The notes beneath the pieces are model-generated. The model ran no database searches, was not told the DNA's origin, and saw only the letters and a program-made list of their open reading frames with translations. From NCBI GenBank assembly GCA_964187785.1, contig OZ076409.1, positions 95,792,001 to 95,856,000 of the forward strand: 64,000 bases of DNA, in the 5' to 3' direction. Source of the stretch: Amphiscolops sp. MND2022. Taxonomy: Eukaryota. The translations under genes and the position numbers were made by a program. This document shows positions 1 through 12,900 of this stretch, piece by piece. Numbering within the stretch: position 1 is the stretch's first letter; every line of letters starts with the position of its first letter.

Positions 1-602
1 GCTAGGAATAATATGAAAAGGGAGTAGGAAAAGGTTGAATTAAAATTGAAATTGACAATAAGTGCGTCGCACAGAACTCTTTCGTTTCATTCATCTTCTG
101 ATTGAGGTGAAAAGTATAAAAAAACGAAGACTTCATCAGATTCCAATTCACTGTGATTCTCTGACTGGAACTAGTTGAGCAGTAAAGTCAATGGCATTTT
201 TCCAAATTTTATCTATCGAAACTTCAGTGATGAAAAAAATTTTACCCTGAAGATTCCCAAAATGCTTTTCAATACTATTCAAGATATTGTGAATCCTGGA
301 GAATTGTAGGACCTATTGCGGCAATAGAAACTTGCACAGTATTATCTCTATATCTGTATTCTTTTTTAATTCATACATCCAAAAAAAATAGACAAAGCGA
401 ATTCGGGAGCTCTGGACCAAGTACGTAAAATACGGAATCGACCAAATTGATTGGATGGAACGCGATGCAACGAAGTTGTGGTAGGGCTTCATGAAACGTT
501 TTGGCAGCTTCCAAACTTTATATTCCGTCACAATGTCTGGGCTTAGTGGAACCAACACCGCTGCCATACAAGTACCGAACTCAGAGAGCTCACACATAAC
601 TT

Positions 603-797
603 TGTTAGAAAACGCTGAAGACCGTTACATCATCATAAACTCAAACTCCACATGAACTTATTATGTAAAATACCTGCAAAATTTATTAAATACCAGTCAC
701 CATGTTACCAAGAATTATTCAATTTATATCTGGTATTCCGCCAAAAAATTTTTCAACACACGATGACTTCACGACGACTTCAGAGATCACCATAATA
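603..797 (+). repeat. 5' LTR of the copia element
   Basis: Aligns with 4564-4764 (e.g. GCTGAAGACC.TTACATCATC, ATGTTACCAAGAAT, CACGACGACTTCAGAGATCA) with many substitutions. Confidence 0.9.
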
Positions 798-811
798 GGT
801 TATGAGCCCAG
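798..811 (+). promoter_or_regulatory. Copia-type primer-binding site
   Basis: GGTTATGAGCCCAG directly after the LTR; one mismatch to the GGTTATGGGCCCAG PBS of copia elements primed by an initiator-Met tRNA half molecule. Confidence 0.8.
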
Positions 812-1070
812 TAGGTTATGGGTGAGTTTGCAAGAACCAATTTTTTTCCAATTTTGTCGTCACCATTTCCTACTTCGATTTCTGGAAATATCGCTCTTTC
901 CATTTCAGCCATTTCTACAACCCCACTCGAGAAAATTTCTTTGCCGGCCATTTTTTTGCGCCTATTCGCACGCCTAACGCCTCACACCCTAAAATTTTCA
1001 AATTTTCTGCTGTTCTAATTTTTTTAGTTACTTCGCGCCTGATTCGGGCTTTCCTCGTGAGTTGTGAGGG

Positions 1071-4000
1071 ATGGACAAATCGCTGTCCCATCTGAAGTTC
1101 TTTGACAACGACGACGACTTCCCAGTCTGGAAGGAGCGTTTCGAGGGCTTTTGCTTTACGAAGAAGCCCAAGCTGTTCAAAGTGCTGACTAGAGACAGAA
1201 CGGGACAAACGAGGAGAAGTACGAACTCCGGGCCTACCTCGTGCAGTGTCTGGGGATCGCCGAAGCGTGCTGATGCTGACCAACGACTGCAAGGGAGATG
1301 GACATAAGGCGTGGGAGATGCTGCGCAACCACTTAAACAGCACGGAGACGCCCCGCCTGATGAACTTGCTGGAGAAGTTCACCACTCTGCGTCAGGAGCA
1401 GTGTGAGGGGATGGTGGAGTACCTGACACGAGCAGAGTATGCGAGTAAGCAGATAGAGTTAGCCGGGGAGAAAGTCAGCGAAGATATGTTAACGCCGATT
1501 GTACTGAAGGGTTTACCGCAAGAGTAGGACTCTTGCATTTCAAAACTGTGCAGGAGTTATTGAAGGATAAGGCGACGTTCGCAGAGGTTGAGAAGGCGTT
1601 CAAAAATTCGAAAACTCCAGAAGGTGTTCTGCGGCATCGGTATCTAGTATAACTGAAAGTGCCGCATTGGTTTCCAAAGATGGCAAAAGCAAAACATTTG
1701 CTAAAAAGTTTTTGGGAAAATAAGGGCGTTGCAGCAAGATAGGACACAAACAAATCGACTGCAAAGTTAAGCAGTGCACTTTTTGCAAACTTTTTAATAA
1801 CGATGAAAACCGTTGTTTTCAAAGGTTTCCTCACCTGAAGCAAAAGGGAAACACCTCAACTGTGGCATTTTCTAATTTTTCCGAAGAATTTTCGTTTTCG
1901 TGCTTTGAAATCGGAGTTCAAAATGGAACTTTTGATTGGGGCGCTTCATCACATATGTTCAATGATTGGTGTTTTTCCCCAATTTTTCTGACAATGTTGA
2001 ACGGTGTTTTAAAAATGCAAATGATCGATTTTCCAAAGCCAAAAAGACTGGCAAGGTTCGTGTATGTCTTTTGGACAATGAGGGAAATAAAAATTTTGTA
2101 ACGTTTTCCAATTGTCTTTTTCTTCTCGATCATATTCAAAACTTAATCAGCGTGAAAGAATTTAGCCAAAAGGGGGTAAAAGTTGAATTAGGAAAAAAAG
2201 TTCAAAAAGATAGCTCCCAAGGGAACAACTTTTCCGATTATCAAAAACGAAAACCTCTATCTTTTGACAGCCAAATTTCCTGAGTTTTTTGGTCTTTCAG
2301 GGGAGAAAACGAACAGTCTTTTGTGACATCAACGCTCTGGTCACAACAACATGGGTGATGTTGAGCGACTTTCATCATGTGTTTTGAGGATGAATTTCAA
2401 GGGTTCAAGTTTTGAAAAACCATGTGTGTGTGAAGTTTGTTGAAGTTCCAATTCCCAAAAAACTCCTGTCTCCAACAATCCGCAGCCTCGAAAATCTGAA
2501 AAACTTCAGCTAAAATTCTGTAAAGTTTTCTCTGAAGTTAACTTCTCTTGGCGGTCAACATTTTGCTATTTCTTTTGTTGACGGTTTTGGTCGTTTTGGG
2601 GTGGTCTGTTTTATGAAGTCCTAATGCGACTGTTTGGAAAAGTTAAAAGTGTTTTGCACTCAAGTGGGGACAACAAAGGTACTCCGTACAGATATTGGTA
2701 CAGAGTACACTGCTCAGACCTTCGATTTTTGCATCAAAAAAGGATAAAAAGAGAGTTCACTTCTCCATATCCGCCTCATCAGAATGGTGTTTGTGAATGT
2801 TGTTGGCGCACTACTGGCGCGTTGAATGCAAACTCAAGCATGCAACCCTTGAAAACGATTTTTGGGTGAGGGCTTTGTATACTGCATTTTTACATTACCA
2901 ATCGCTGTTTGACAACAAGCTTTCCTAAAGAAAACGCCTTTCGAAGTGTTTTTCGGCGAAAAGCTCGATCTGTCTAATGTTCGAGTTTCTGGATGTGTCG
3001 ATTTTTACAAAATACAAACTTATTGAAACGCACCAACATAACCTCTCACCTAAAGCCACAGAAGAACATTTTGTTGGTTACGCGCCTATGTCAACTGCCT
3101 ACATTCTCTTCGATCCCAAAACAGGCAAAACCTCAGCTTCCCGAAATAGGCCTTTCAATGAACACTGCTTTTTGCAAAATCCTCTTCACAAAGAGAACTC
3201 TTCATACGAAAGCTTTCCAATTGAAAGCCGCAGTGAAAGTTTCGGTGACTAAAACGTGTCTGTTACTGAGTACGAAACTAACAAAACGTGTTCCTTCCTT
3301 CGAGCCTTTCAGTCAGAAAGACTAAGAAATGTCAGAACCTTTCTCAGTGCCTTCTAGTCATAAGGACTTCCGACCAAAACGATGCCAAATCCATTGCCAA
3401 AATTATCGAGCAAAACGTTGCCCAAAATACTATCCCACAAACTGCCTCTTCTCAAAATCAATCGTACGTCTTGGATATCTCAGCGAAACGGAACATGAGT
3501 GAGTGCAAGCCAACATCAACACCCGCCGTACCAGGCACTAAGCAATCAAAAAAGCCTTGTCCTGAAAATGGGTCGTGCGAGACACCTAAAATGACGAGGT
3601 TGAACAAGCCCTATCGCAGCCTAGTCGGTAACTTGATGTATCTTTTGGTTGTTATTTTACCTGATACTTGCTTTGCAGTGTATTACTTAGCACAGTTCGT
3701 CTCTAAGCAAGGTAAGGAACATTGGGTGGCACTTTAGCATTTACTTCGCTACTTAACGGGGTATACTAATCTTACTTTAGTCTTCAACAGGTGCAGCGTT
3801 CGAGCTCTTCGAATACTTTGACTCAGATTGGGGGACAGATGAGGATGATAAGAAATCATTTCTGGGTTTTGCTTTAAGGTGAATAGTGATAGTAGTGTGG
3901 TGTCTTGGGCTTCTAAGAAACAAGTTTGTGTCGCTCTTAGTTCTTGTGAGGCCAAGTATGTAGCCTTAGCTTTAGCCGCACAGGAAACTATATTCATGCA

Positions 4001-4280
4001 GGGGCTCCTGGCTTGCATCTCTTGTTCGCAGACGGTTACGAAGCCTACCCTTGTTTACGGTGACAACCAAGGAGCAATCGCCTTGGCCAACAATCTAGTC
4101 TCTCACAAGCGGGCCAAGCACATTGAGACGAGGCATCTTTTCATCGGGAACCTTAACGAAGCAAAATAGTTGCAACTGGAATACACCCTAACAACAGACA
4201 ACGTGGCCGACATCTTCACGAAGAACCTAACCAAGCCTGCCTTCATGCAACTCCGAAACCAACTCTTCTGCCAATCGTAG
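1071..4280 (+). pseudogene. Copia gag-pol remnant, frameshifted, most of RT deleted
   Basis: gag (FPVWKERFE; AWEMLRNHL), protease DWGASSHM, integrase SPYPPHQNGVCE, RT C-terminus PYRSLVGNLMYL, RNase H SWASKKQVCVALSSCEAKY / GDNQGAIALA / HKRAKHIETRH. Confidence 0.9.
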
Positions 4281-4563
4281 CCATCCACCCTCACAACTCT
4301 TTATCAATACCTTCCTTTATTTTATGTCTTTTACCTTTATCATTTATCCTCTGCCCACAGTGCTTCAATCAATGATGTCTTTTGATCATGTGTGATGTAC
4401 TTAACGCTCTTCATATGTTACAGAGACGCCCTCTCTACTACTGCCCTAGCACGACAAATGGCTAGGCACAACAGTCCTCTGGCTGCCCACTACTGGCCTC
4501 AACCGACTGTGCTTGCAACGTCTGACAGTGAATACAACTACAACTGCCTTCATCGAGTGAGGG

Positions 4564-4764
4564 TGTTAGAGGTCGCTGAAGACCATTACATCATCTTTAA
4601 CTGAAATCCACATGATTTTATTATGTAATATATTTGCTGAATTTTTCAAATACCTGTCACTATGTTACCAAGAATCATTTCATTCAAATCTCTTATTCCG
4701 CCAATAAATTCTTCAACTCGAGATGTCGTCACGACGACTTCAGAGATCAGTGATCCCCATAAAA
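4564..4764 (+). repeat. 3' LTR of the copia element, preceded by PPT GAGTGAGGG (4555-4563)
   Basis: Direct repeat of 603-797, followed by TSD AACTT. Confidence 0.9.
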
Positions 4765-5734
4765 AACTTCAATAACAAGTATAATGCAGCCAGTGGAGAA
4801 AACGTGAAGCGAGCTTGAGAGAAACTCCCAGATATACTCAGTCAACGTGCTTCATAATTGAGAAAAAAATAATGAGAAGCCTCGCCCATAGGGAAGGCAG
4901 CGAGTTCTGGGTTTTCTACCAGCCAATACTCCTTACCAAGAGACACGACGTTGGACCAAAACGCAAATACGAAGGAAAATTTGTACGACGAATAAAAAAC
5001 CCTGAGCAACTCCTTGATACGTCCTTCTGTGGAACTTTCAAAAACAAACGTTCGACGCGACTGACGGGAGGGTGTCGAAAAACCAAGACCCAACAATTAA
5101 TAATGAACACTAACTTGAGTTTTCCATCCATAACTTGATAATCTTTGAACATGTAATTTCAACCACACCAAACAAGCAACTTTCCGACCGTGACGGACTG
5201 CATTTGAGCATCACTGAACGACTGGGTCCGGAAGCACTGTCTTGCTTCCATGCGGTATATAAGCTTCGTCGCAAAATATTACCTGACCATGGAACGATTC
5301 CCGCGGTGGAAAACGAATTTTAAAATTGTTGTGATTGTTCTTCGTATCGCCTTTTTTTCAATTTCGAGTCATCCAAAAGTTTCCTTGAAAGAATGGTCCC
5401 TCACACACTCAATACTCATCGTCGATTGAACTATGTCATCGGTGATTAGCAGGAATGTTGCAAGCAAAACGCAGCACTCAGCGCTGCCGACTAAATTTGT
5501 CTTGAAACAGCCAAAATATCACTTAAACCTACTGCTCAAATCAGTATAAACCACAGAAAAGCATTTGATAGTGTGTGGGTAAATGGTCGTGTGTGAAACT
5601 TGCGGAAAAATAACGTAACGGAAGAGATGGCACGCATGATTGCATTTGTTCTTGAAAAATAAAAAACAACGTTCTTCAAATTGCAAGGTGACAAAACAGA
5701 GAAAGTCCTAATAATCACTGGAACGCCACAAAGT

Positions 5735-6555
5735 GGTCTCAGTGCTCCTCTTCTATTCATCATATTCCAGGAAGAGAAAAAACCGCAAACCGCGAACGTT
5801 AAAAGAACAAAAAAGTGAATCAGGGCAACGAGAGCGCTCAGTTTGCATTAAAATAGACGATGGTAACGTTCGCGTCGTGATTAGAATGATTCTGAGCTTA
5901 AACAAAATAGCTGACTTTATACAGTCGAGAATTACGTGACACTCAAATTGAAACATCTGCTGAGAGACAATTGGACTGTACATCCGGAACACAGCAAAAT
6001 GAAGTGTTTTTCAACGTCCTAGTTTCAAATGCACAGAGCTCTGATATCTTTCCTCAACGTGGGTAGTGCAGGTATAGAAGGTAATTCGCTTCAAATTGTT
6101 AAAAATCTGACTCTCAAGTCGATTCGGCAAACGGAATAAAACTTTCTAACAGCTTTCACGAATCTTGTTAATGTGATAATCGAAGAAACAAAAACTGACT
6201 CTCTTCGACCCGACTTCTTAGGTGCTAATTTGTCAGTTGAAGTCTCTCGCCAAAGGGAAACTTCATACGGAATATAGATTTTGAAAAAGCTTTCAACCCT
6301 GTCAACGAAAACCTTTGAAACCAATCCTGAAACTTTTACAAACGGCAAATAGTCAGCCAAGTTCCGTTTTTACAGGGAATCAAAAACTATGTCTTACGAA
6401 GAACCCCTGCAAAGGGAGTCTGAATCTCCTGCTAAATTTCTCTGATGCCATTCAAGCTTTGATAGATATAGTGGAGTCGAAAATTAACGTATGGTACCTC
6501 GACTACGGAAACGCAAGTGACGAATACAAACGGTTTTGAAAGATTTTGAAACTTG
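5735..6555 (+). pseudogene. Old, internally deleted fragment of the CRE-like non-LTR family found at 25798-28691
   Basis: Collinear similarity to about 26240-27240 (AATCTTGT.AATGTGAT, GGAGTCGAAAAT...ATGGTACCT.GAC; peptide ESKINVWYLDYGN vs ESKIILWYLDDGN); ends at the gypsy LTR. Confidence 0.85.
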
Positions 6556-7247
6556 TGTAACGTCCGGCTAGCGGCGCACATCTAGGAAGAGGGAAAATGC
6601 CTAGGGTGCCTAAACAGGAGACACTAGTGTTTATTCCCAAAAAGGTCTCCTAGGAGAACTTTTCTTGCGTCTAAGGAGGCTCCTCTAGTTAGAGCTACGA
6701 GGCGACGTGCCAGCACCCTCAAACTCCGGAAGCGTCCCACAGGCCTGTAAAAACAATTCCTAAGGTTTCTAGCGTGTTCCCGCACCCTCCTACATATTTC
6801 CGAGGTCCAAAAAGGTATGTAGCTGAAATACATTGTATTTGGAAATTGGATATTGAAATAAAGATCTATTAGGTCAGACATCGTCCAAGCACTCCGTAAA
6901 CAGTGAAATAAGTGGGGATATGCCCAAATAAAGTGTGCAGTTACAGTTCGGTGTCGATCATCGGGTTCTTCCCTCTGGCGTTGTTCTGTCTGTTCGGGCA
7001 TTTCCCAGAGAGATTGCACAACACTCTGTCTGTTCTAACTCTTTCGATGTCTTCTCGTTCTTTTTCACGCTTGTCTTCTCTGTTCTCTTTCTTTTGATAT
7101 CGTACTTTTTTGCTCTGTCTTCGCGTGGCTTCTTTTTTGAACTATTTTTCCGCATCTGCTAGGTTGGCCAATTTTATTGTACAATCTTGATACCGCACAT
7201 TTCGAACTTTTCATCGAAATTTCGTCATGCCAATGGCTGACGTTACA
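6556..7247 (-). repeat. 3' LTR of the gypsy element (692 bp)
   Basis: TGTAACGTC...GACGTTACA terminal inverted repeat; aligns with 24281-24995; minus-strand PPT GGGAAGGA adjacent at 7248-7255. Confidence 0.92.
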
Positions 7248-7862
7248 TCCTTCCCGAGCCGTAGTTTGTTGTCCTCGGCAAACGAGAGGATGCTTGCACC
7301 CAGCGGGTAATTGCGACGTTGAGAGCTAACTTAGCATCAGGGCAGAGTTTCATCAATAGTATATTATCGTTTCTCAGCATCTTTTCCGCATAAAGGTTAG
7401 CAAACTCAAAAGGCACTTGATAAAACTGGAAACACGACAGTCAGTTTAAGAATTCTTTTACAGTATTGCCAATCAAAGTTAAAATCTCTTTTCTAGAATG
7501 GGCCCCTGCGCGGCCAAAAAACGACAACGATTTGGTCTGGTAACAACGTTGATTTATCGAGCTGAGGCAGGAGGGCACCGACTCGGGACCCGCCTATTGG
7601 ACATAAATGAACTAAACATCACGTGGGTATGCTAAAAATAAAATGCGTACTGCTCAAAATATAGTATATAGCACTAAACTAAGCCAGAAAAAATATAGCA
7701 CGCATTATTCATCAGCACCTTATGAAAAACAGAAATCAATTGCAACACTTTAGTGAGTAGTTTGTTCGTGGCAATTTCATCAAATGGAATTTGGTCGGTT
7801 GACGCTCTCATTCCTCAGGCTGATCCGGTGGCAGATCTTGAATTGACGTGTAGCCGCCTAGG

Positions 7863-10800
7863 CTATCGGCTAGCTCTTGATGACAGTATTGCACGAACAG
7901 GCTCTTGAAAGTCTGAACGCCTCGTGCGTAGTCCTCGCTTACTGATTGCCCTCGTTCTTTTTGTCTGCGGTGTCGCGGAGGGTACTATGATCTTCAGGCG
8001 TTGGAATAGTTGGTGGACCGCCAAGTCCGCTAGCTCAGGTCTCGACCAGCATGTAGTTGCTTCCATCATGCGGGCGGTATAGATGCGGGCTCTGCTCGAT
8101 TGCAATACATACGCGACGTATCACAAACGTACGGGTAGTGCAGCCCACTGGAAGTCTCTTCTCGTTTTCTACCACCCAACCTCTGAATGATTGTGGCCCA
8201 GATTCGCAAGACTACTGGTGCATCCCAGCCTGCAAAATACTCTATTGCACCAGTGTGCGGATCTAGGGGGGATGTGCAACCGTGCGCAACCAAGGAAGTG
8301 CGACTGGCGAAACCGGCGAAATGAATGCAACTCCCCTTGGCTGTTCACAGGGTGGATACCCTTGGCCATGGGTGAGAGCGCAACGAGCACGTGCTCGGAT
8401 GATTGCCGTGAAAATGTTTTCCACCTGCTTCCTGTCTTTGATCACTCTATAGGCCATGGGGGGCCGTAGACACGTAAAGTTGCTGACCGCTGTTTGATAA
8501 GTAGGACCCCGCTGGGTTCCGTTCGTTTTTACGAAGTGGAGAATGGACAGAGTTGGGGTACTCGCGGCCACTCGCAGAGTTTGCGTGGGGTATCTCAGGT
8601 CCATGACTGCGCCGAAGAATGGCCAGACTATCGGGGCGATCAGAGGGGGTTAGATCCTCGGTTTCTACCAGCATGAGAGTGGCCACTTGAGAGGGGAACA
8701 GAAAACAAGGGAGCTGCGTGGGCTCCCTATTGACTGCAGAGTTTTCATCCAAAAGATGCATAACTCCGGAGGTGTTGACCCACGTGGAGTAAATCCACAC
8801 GAGAATGGCTTCAATGTGAAGATATAACTGCGCTCTTAATTGCAGACGACTCGCTGTGTCCAAGGCGTCTATGATTGGGTACAACGAGTTTTTCTGATTT
8901 TGAGCGTATACCAGTAAGCTGAAGAGCCAAAGGCTTCCCTTGTCAAACACCAGTTTCTGCACAAGGCTGGAAGGGCGTCTGTATACCGAGTGCAAGCCAA
9001 CTGCCATCAAGAATTCTAGGACTTCGCTCATCGTGGCTCTTTGCATGGCTTCGACGTACTAGCGTACTTGCTGTTCGTCTAAGTCATATTCCGCCTGTAT
9101 GAAGTTGGGGAGCCAGAATGGAGAGATGTTGTACTGGAGCGCTGGGAATGAGATTCCTAGTCGCTCTGAGACTTGGTTCAGTGGCTCGCGTAGTAGTTGA
9201 CGCCACGTTTGGTACGTTTGTCTTGGCTCCTTCTCATTTTGTCTGGCCAGATCTTGAGCCATTAATATCAGCAACGCTAGAGTGGGTCACACCATTCCGG
9301 GCTGTGCATCCATGGCCACCGCTGCCATGGGGAAAACCGTGGTGTTCATCCTGTCTGTCTTGATCTTTTCTGTGGTCTTGAACAGGGCCATCAGTTCTTT
9401 ATGAAATTTTGCTTCGTGCGTTTTTTCATAAAAGAGTGGATTCATCTCCACGTTCATACAACAGATTGTCTACCAAGTGCTCCCGTTCTTGCTCGGTTGG
9501 GTCGTGCACTCGGCGTACGCCCTGCTCATCTAATGACCGGTGTGCCATCTGCATTCCGTGATCATTTAATCATAGGCGGTGGCTTCGTCAACCAGGAGTT
9601 GGGAATTTCCTTTGTATCCGGTGTACACCAGTAGGGCTTTCGATACCTCCGCCAGGAAGGCGGGATATGATGCTTCGCACGGGCACCACGTCGTTACATT
9701 GATTCTCAAGTTCAGGGCCACATTGTAGAAATTCAGGTCTCTCGCATACGCTGATTCCAGCACTAAGTACAAGAACTGACTTATTGGCCTGGGTAGACAT
9801 ATGTAGCCTGGGGGCGACATGAATACAGTTCCCGTGGTGGACTTTTTGTTCCTCATGGTCCCGGTAATGTTCGACATTGTCTCCAAGTAGGCAGTATTTT
9901 CATCGGTAACAAACCCCTCGGTGAATCGGACGTAACCCGACTCAAAGTATTTCAGTGTCCCCCGCAGAGCGAGGTGATCAATTACGTTGGAATACACCAG
10001 TATAGGGGGAAGTGGTATTGTTTCTGCCGCCGCTGGCGTGAAGATTTTGTCGGTACCCTCTGCCATCTCGCTGAGTGAGGTGCAGGGTATGTTCATTAAA
10101 CTGACAGCTATTAGAGTGCTGTTGGCATTGTAGGATAACTTCATGGTTGTGTCAACGCAGAAAGCACTTGTCGTCTTTTGCAACAAATCCTTGCCCATAG
10201 GTAGCAGTGTGATGGGGTCTCTCGCGTAATTTTTAGTCTGCAGGCGATCCTCGTCATATCGGCCTGGTCGCTGGCGAAGCAATCGGTTCATTGATTGCAA
10301 GGACTGTAGATATGTAGAGCTGTCCCTCTCTAAGTCCCTTCGTAGGCGATTGAACCACGGTGAACACTGGCTTTTTCACGGGACGGGTGTAGAGTACTCC
10401 CACGGTTGCTCTTTCAATCGTTCGCTGCGTTGCGTGATCTCCCTTGCTAGTTGCGATCTCAAATTTTTGTCTAAGGGGGTTCCCTTCCTCGGTTGTGACT
10501 GGTACTTCACGTTGGAGACGAATTGCGTCTTTTGCCGTTATGTCCAGCTGTTGTGTCTGAGCGGAAGTGAACCATTCACGCGCCATCTTTTGGCTTCTGG
10601 CTTCTGGCTGGGTGGGGGAAGGAGCGGGGAGTTAGTTTTCGAGCTCGACTGTTCCCCCATTCCCTAGCTCGCTTGCCTGCGTTGAGCTTGTCTCGCAGGT
10701 CCTTTGGAGCATTGGCAGCTTTATTTTCTACACGTTGCTGCTGCCGCTGGCGTTCTTGCAGCTGCGGGTGCTTCTGGAAGCCTATTAGGCGGTTCTAGGG

Positions 10801-11535
10801 CTCACTTCTTGGGGGTTAATCCCTAGAAGAGGATTGAGTCAGTGCATCGTAAGAGTCGTGAAACGTGACCGTCCTCGTGCGAACCTCCCGTGCCTGTTCA
10901 TCGGGTGTACGGGTTTTTTTGCGTTTGCGTTCACCTGCACCCCTCCCCCTTGAAGGCGGAAGGAAGCAAGAAGCTCGTTGATGGTTGTGTTAGTAATCTG
11001 ATGCCCTCGGATGCCAAAGGCATGGGGGCGTGAGAATTTGTGGCGGCACCGCTGGCAGTGTGCAGCTAAAGTGTGTTGGTTCTAATTGGTGTGGGGGGGC
11101 CATGGATCGGCGGTTGCATGGTTGCCGGGGAAACTCTAAGCGATCGTTCTTGATCCATGGGAGGCCCAGTAGGCTCTCCGTATACCATGCGGGACCGCCG
11201 GTCAATGAGGTCATGAGTCAAGTCATACCCATGCCAAGTGCCATCACGGAAGCTGGCGGAGCGCTCTAGCGACACGATGATTCTGGTGATCTAAGGAGAA
11301 CGTCCGGATGGGCTGCTTGCAATTGCATTTGTGCAATGATCATGGCAAAGCCAGCGATCATTGTGGGGGTTGCCCCATTTCGCAGTGTTTGTTGTACTAG
11401 GGCGAGCTTGTCGACTCGGCCATCGATCTCGCCTACGGAAGAGGTAGTACTGGTTGGTGCTGGTTCAAGGGCACAATGCCGAGAGTTTTGCGGTTCGAGG
11501 GTGCTGGCATTCTGCTTCGTGATCAGGGAATCCAT
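7863..11535 (-). pseudogene. Large frameshifted extra ORF downstream of gypsy pol, unknown function (possible SGNH-like segment)
   Basis: Chain of adjacent minus-strand ORF fragments from ATG 11535 (MDSLITKQ) through 11066-11275, 10254-10586, 9566-10300, 9059-9274, 8447-9046, 8263-8604 and 8066-8293; 3' end approximate. Confidence 0.55.
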
Positions 11536-11907
11536 CTTTGATAAAAGGGATAGCAACGAAGATAAGTGAGAGGCCAAGAGGAGGGTTGAATGATGGTGGA
11601 TGGATATATCGTGCCTTTTGGGAGAGCCACGCAGAGGCGAGGCAAAAGGACAAAACTGAGAAGCAAGTTGCAGTTGAGAACAAAAATGGTTGATTACCAA
11701 CTCACACAAACTAAATAGGACAAACACACTGGGCAGAAATAAGAAGTACATGATTGCGATGAAAAACTTTTCGTAGCCATTCACTACTGTTAAAAACCTA
11801 GAGTGCATTCTGTTTCGATGAAATGAGAGAAGGGGGAAGGCCGCTGGTTTCGTGGTTCTGGGGGGACAGTACTCATTTGGTGCCCATAAAGGTCGACGTT
11901 ATTGATG

Positions 11908-12900
11908 CTATGGAGCTATGGAGACGTAAACCCTGTCGTGGAGGAATATTTCTAGAAGCTGATCCGTAAAGTGGTCACGTAGCGTAGCATACCAAGCCGG
12001 TAACAAATTGATTGACCGTTCGGGATCTAATCTGGGCAAGTGAATTCGTATGATGCAGTTTCGGTGAAGCTGGTGCGTCAGATGGGTTAGACACGCGTGT
12101 AAGACTTCGTGCAACAACGGGTGTCTATAGGAAGCTCTGGTGCACAAAAGAAAGATTTCATTGCTCCAGGCTGCAGTTGGCGAGTTAACCAGGCGCAGTG
12201 CTATGCCGACCGCCGGCCTCACCCGGAATATGTCCTCCTGTCCATATTCGCGAATAACGTAGCGAGCGGTCGCTGAGTAAGATACTAAATCCGCGTGACC
12301 ACATAACACTACAGTGCCGGGTGCCTGCAAAAAATCCGTGTTGGCGTAGGTTATCCATGGCAAGTTATTCGGCGTAGTTTTGGTTGTGTAATCAGTTTTT
12401 TACCCGTGGCATTGCTATGGTCGTCCATTGGTTGAGGCGCTAAAGGTTCTAAAATGCCTCTGCGATCCTGCCATACCGTACGACGCAAGGGTCGGTCGCC
12501 CAAGTTGCTCTAGCACTGTTAATAGTTTTTCGGGCGTATATGTCTGTTGGTCCAGGACGTGTATCTTTGCTTGTCGACAGAAAAAGATTGCTATCAATTG
12601 TAACCAATGTTGACCTAAGAACTTTCCGCGATAGATATCTGCTAGGTGGAAGCAGAGGGTGTCTTCGGCCTCTACTACTGTGCGTAAGCTCTCTAGACAC
12701 ATCAACAGCGTAGTGGGTGATACGAGCGTGGTTTCATCGAAGGAAGTGACTACTAACCACCAACCTTGGGTAGGCCGGTATACATCTCCTGGAGGGGGGA
12801 GCAACAAAGTACTTTTCCCACAGCTGATGAGCGATTATGCAGCGAATCATCTCTGTTTTTCCGATCTCAGCATCCATTTTGCCGAATACTATGGAAGGTA
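11908..12900 (-). pseudogene. Tandem macrodomain-like (TARG1/OARD1-type) segments downstream of integrase
   Basis: 11908-12363 (ITYANTDFLQAPGTVVLC...EIFLLCTRASYRHPLLHEVLHACLTHL...IRIHLPRL) follows the TARG1 macro pattern; 12415-12807 (GDVY...WWLVVTS...TLLMCLESLR...W..LIAIFF) looks like a second copy. Confidence 0.6.

Larger units (their letters stand above)
603..4764 (+). mobile_element. Degenerate Ty1/copia LTR retrotransposon, internally deleted
   Basis: Diverged LTRs at 603-797 and 4564-4764, both starting TGTTAGA; 5-bp TSD AACTT (598-602, 4765-4769); copia-type PBS, PPT and PR-IN-RT-RH domain order. Confidence 0.93.

Noticed and set aside
1..597. Possible coding relic flanking the copia element (and 4770-5730)
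   Set aside because: No recognisable motif; cannot support an assignment.
6958..7155. Lys-rich ORF open in both gypsy LTRs (also 24688-24903)
   Set aside because: Explained by purine/pyrimidine strand bias of the LTR; the C-termini differ by frameshift and there is no domain similarity.
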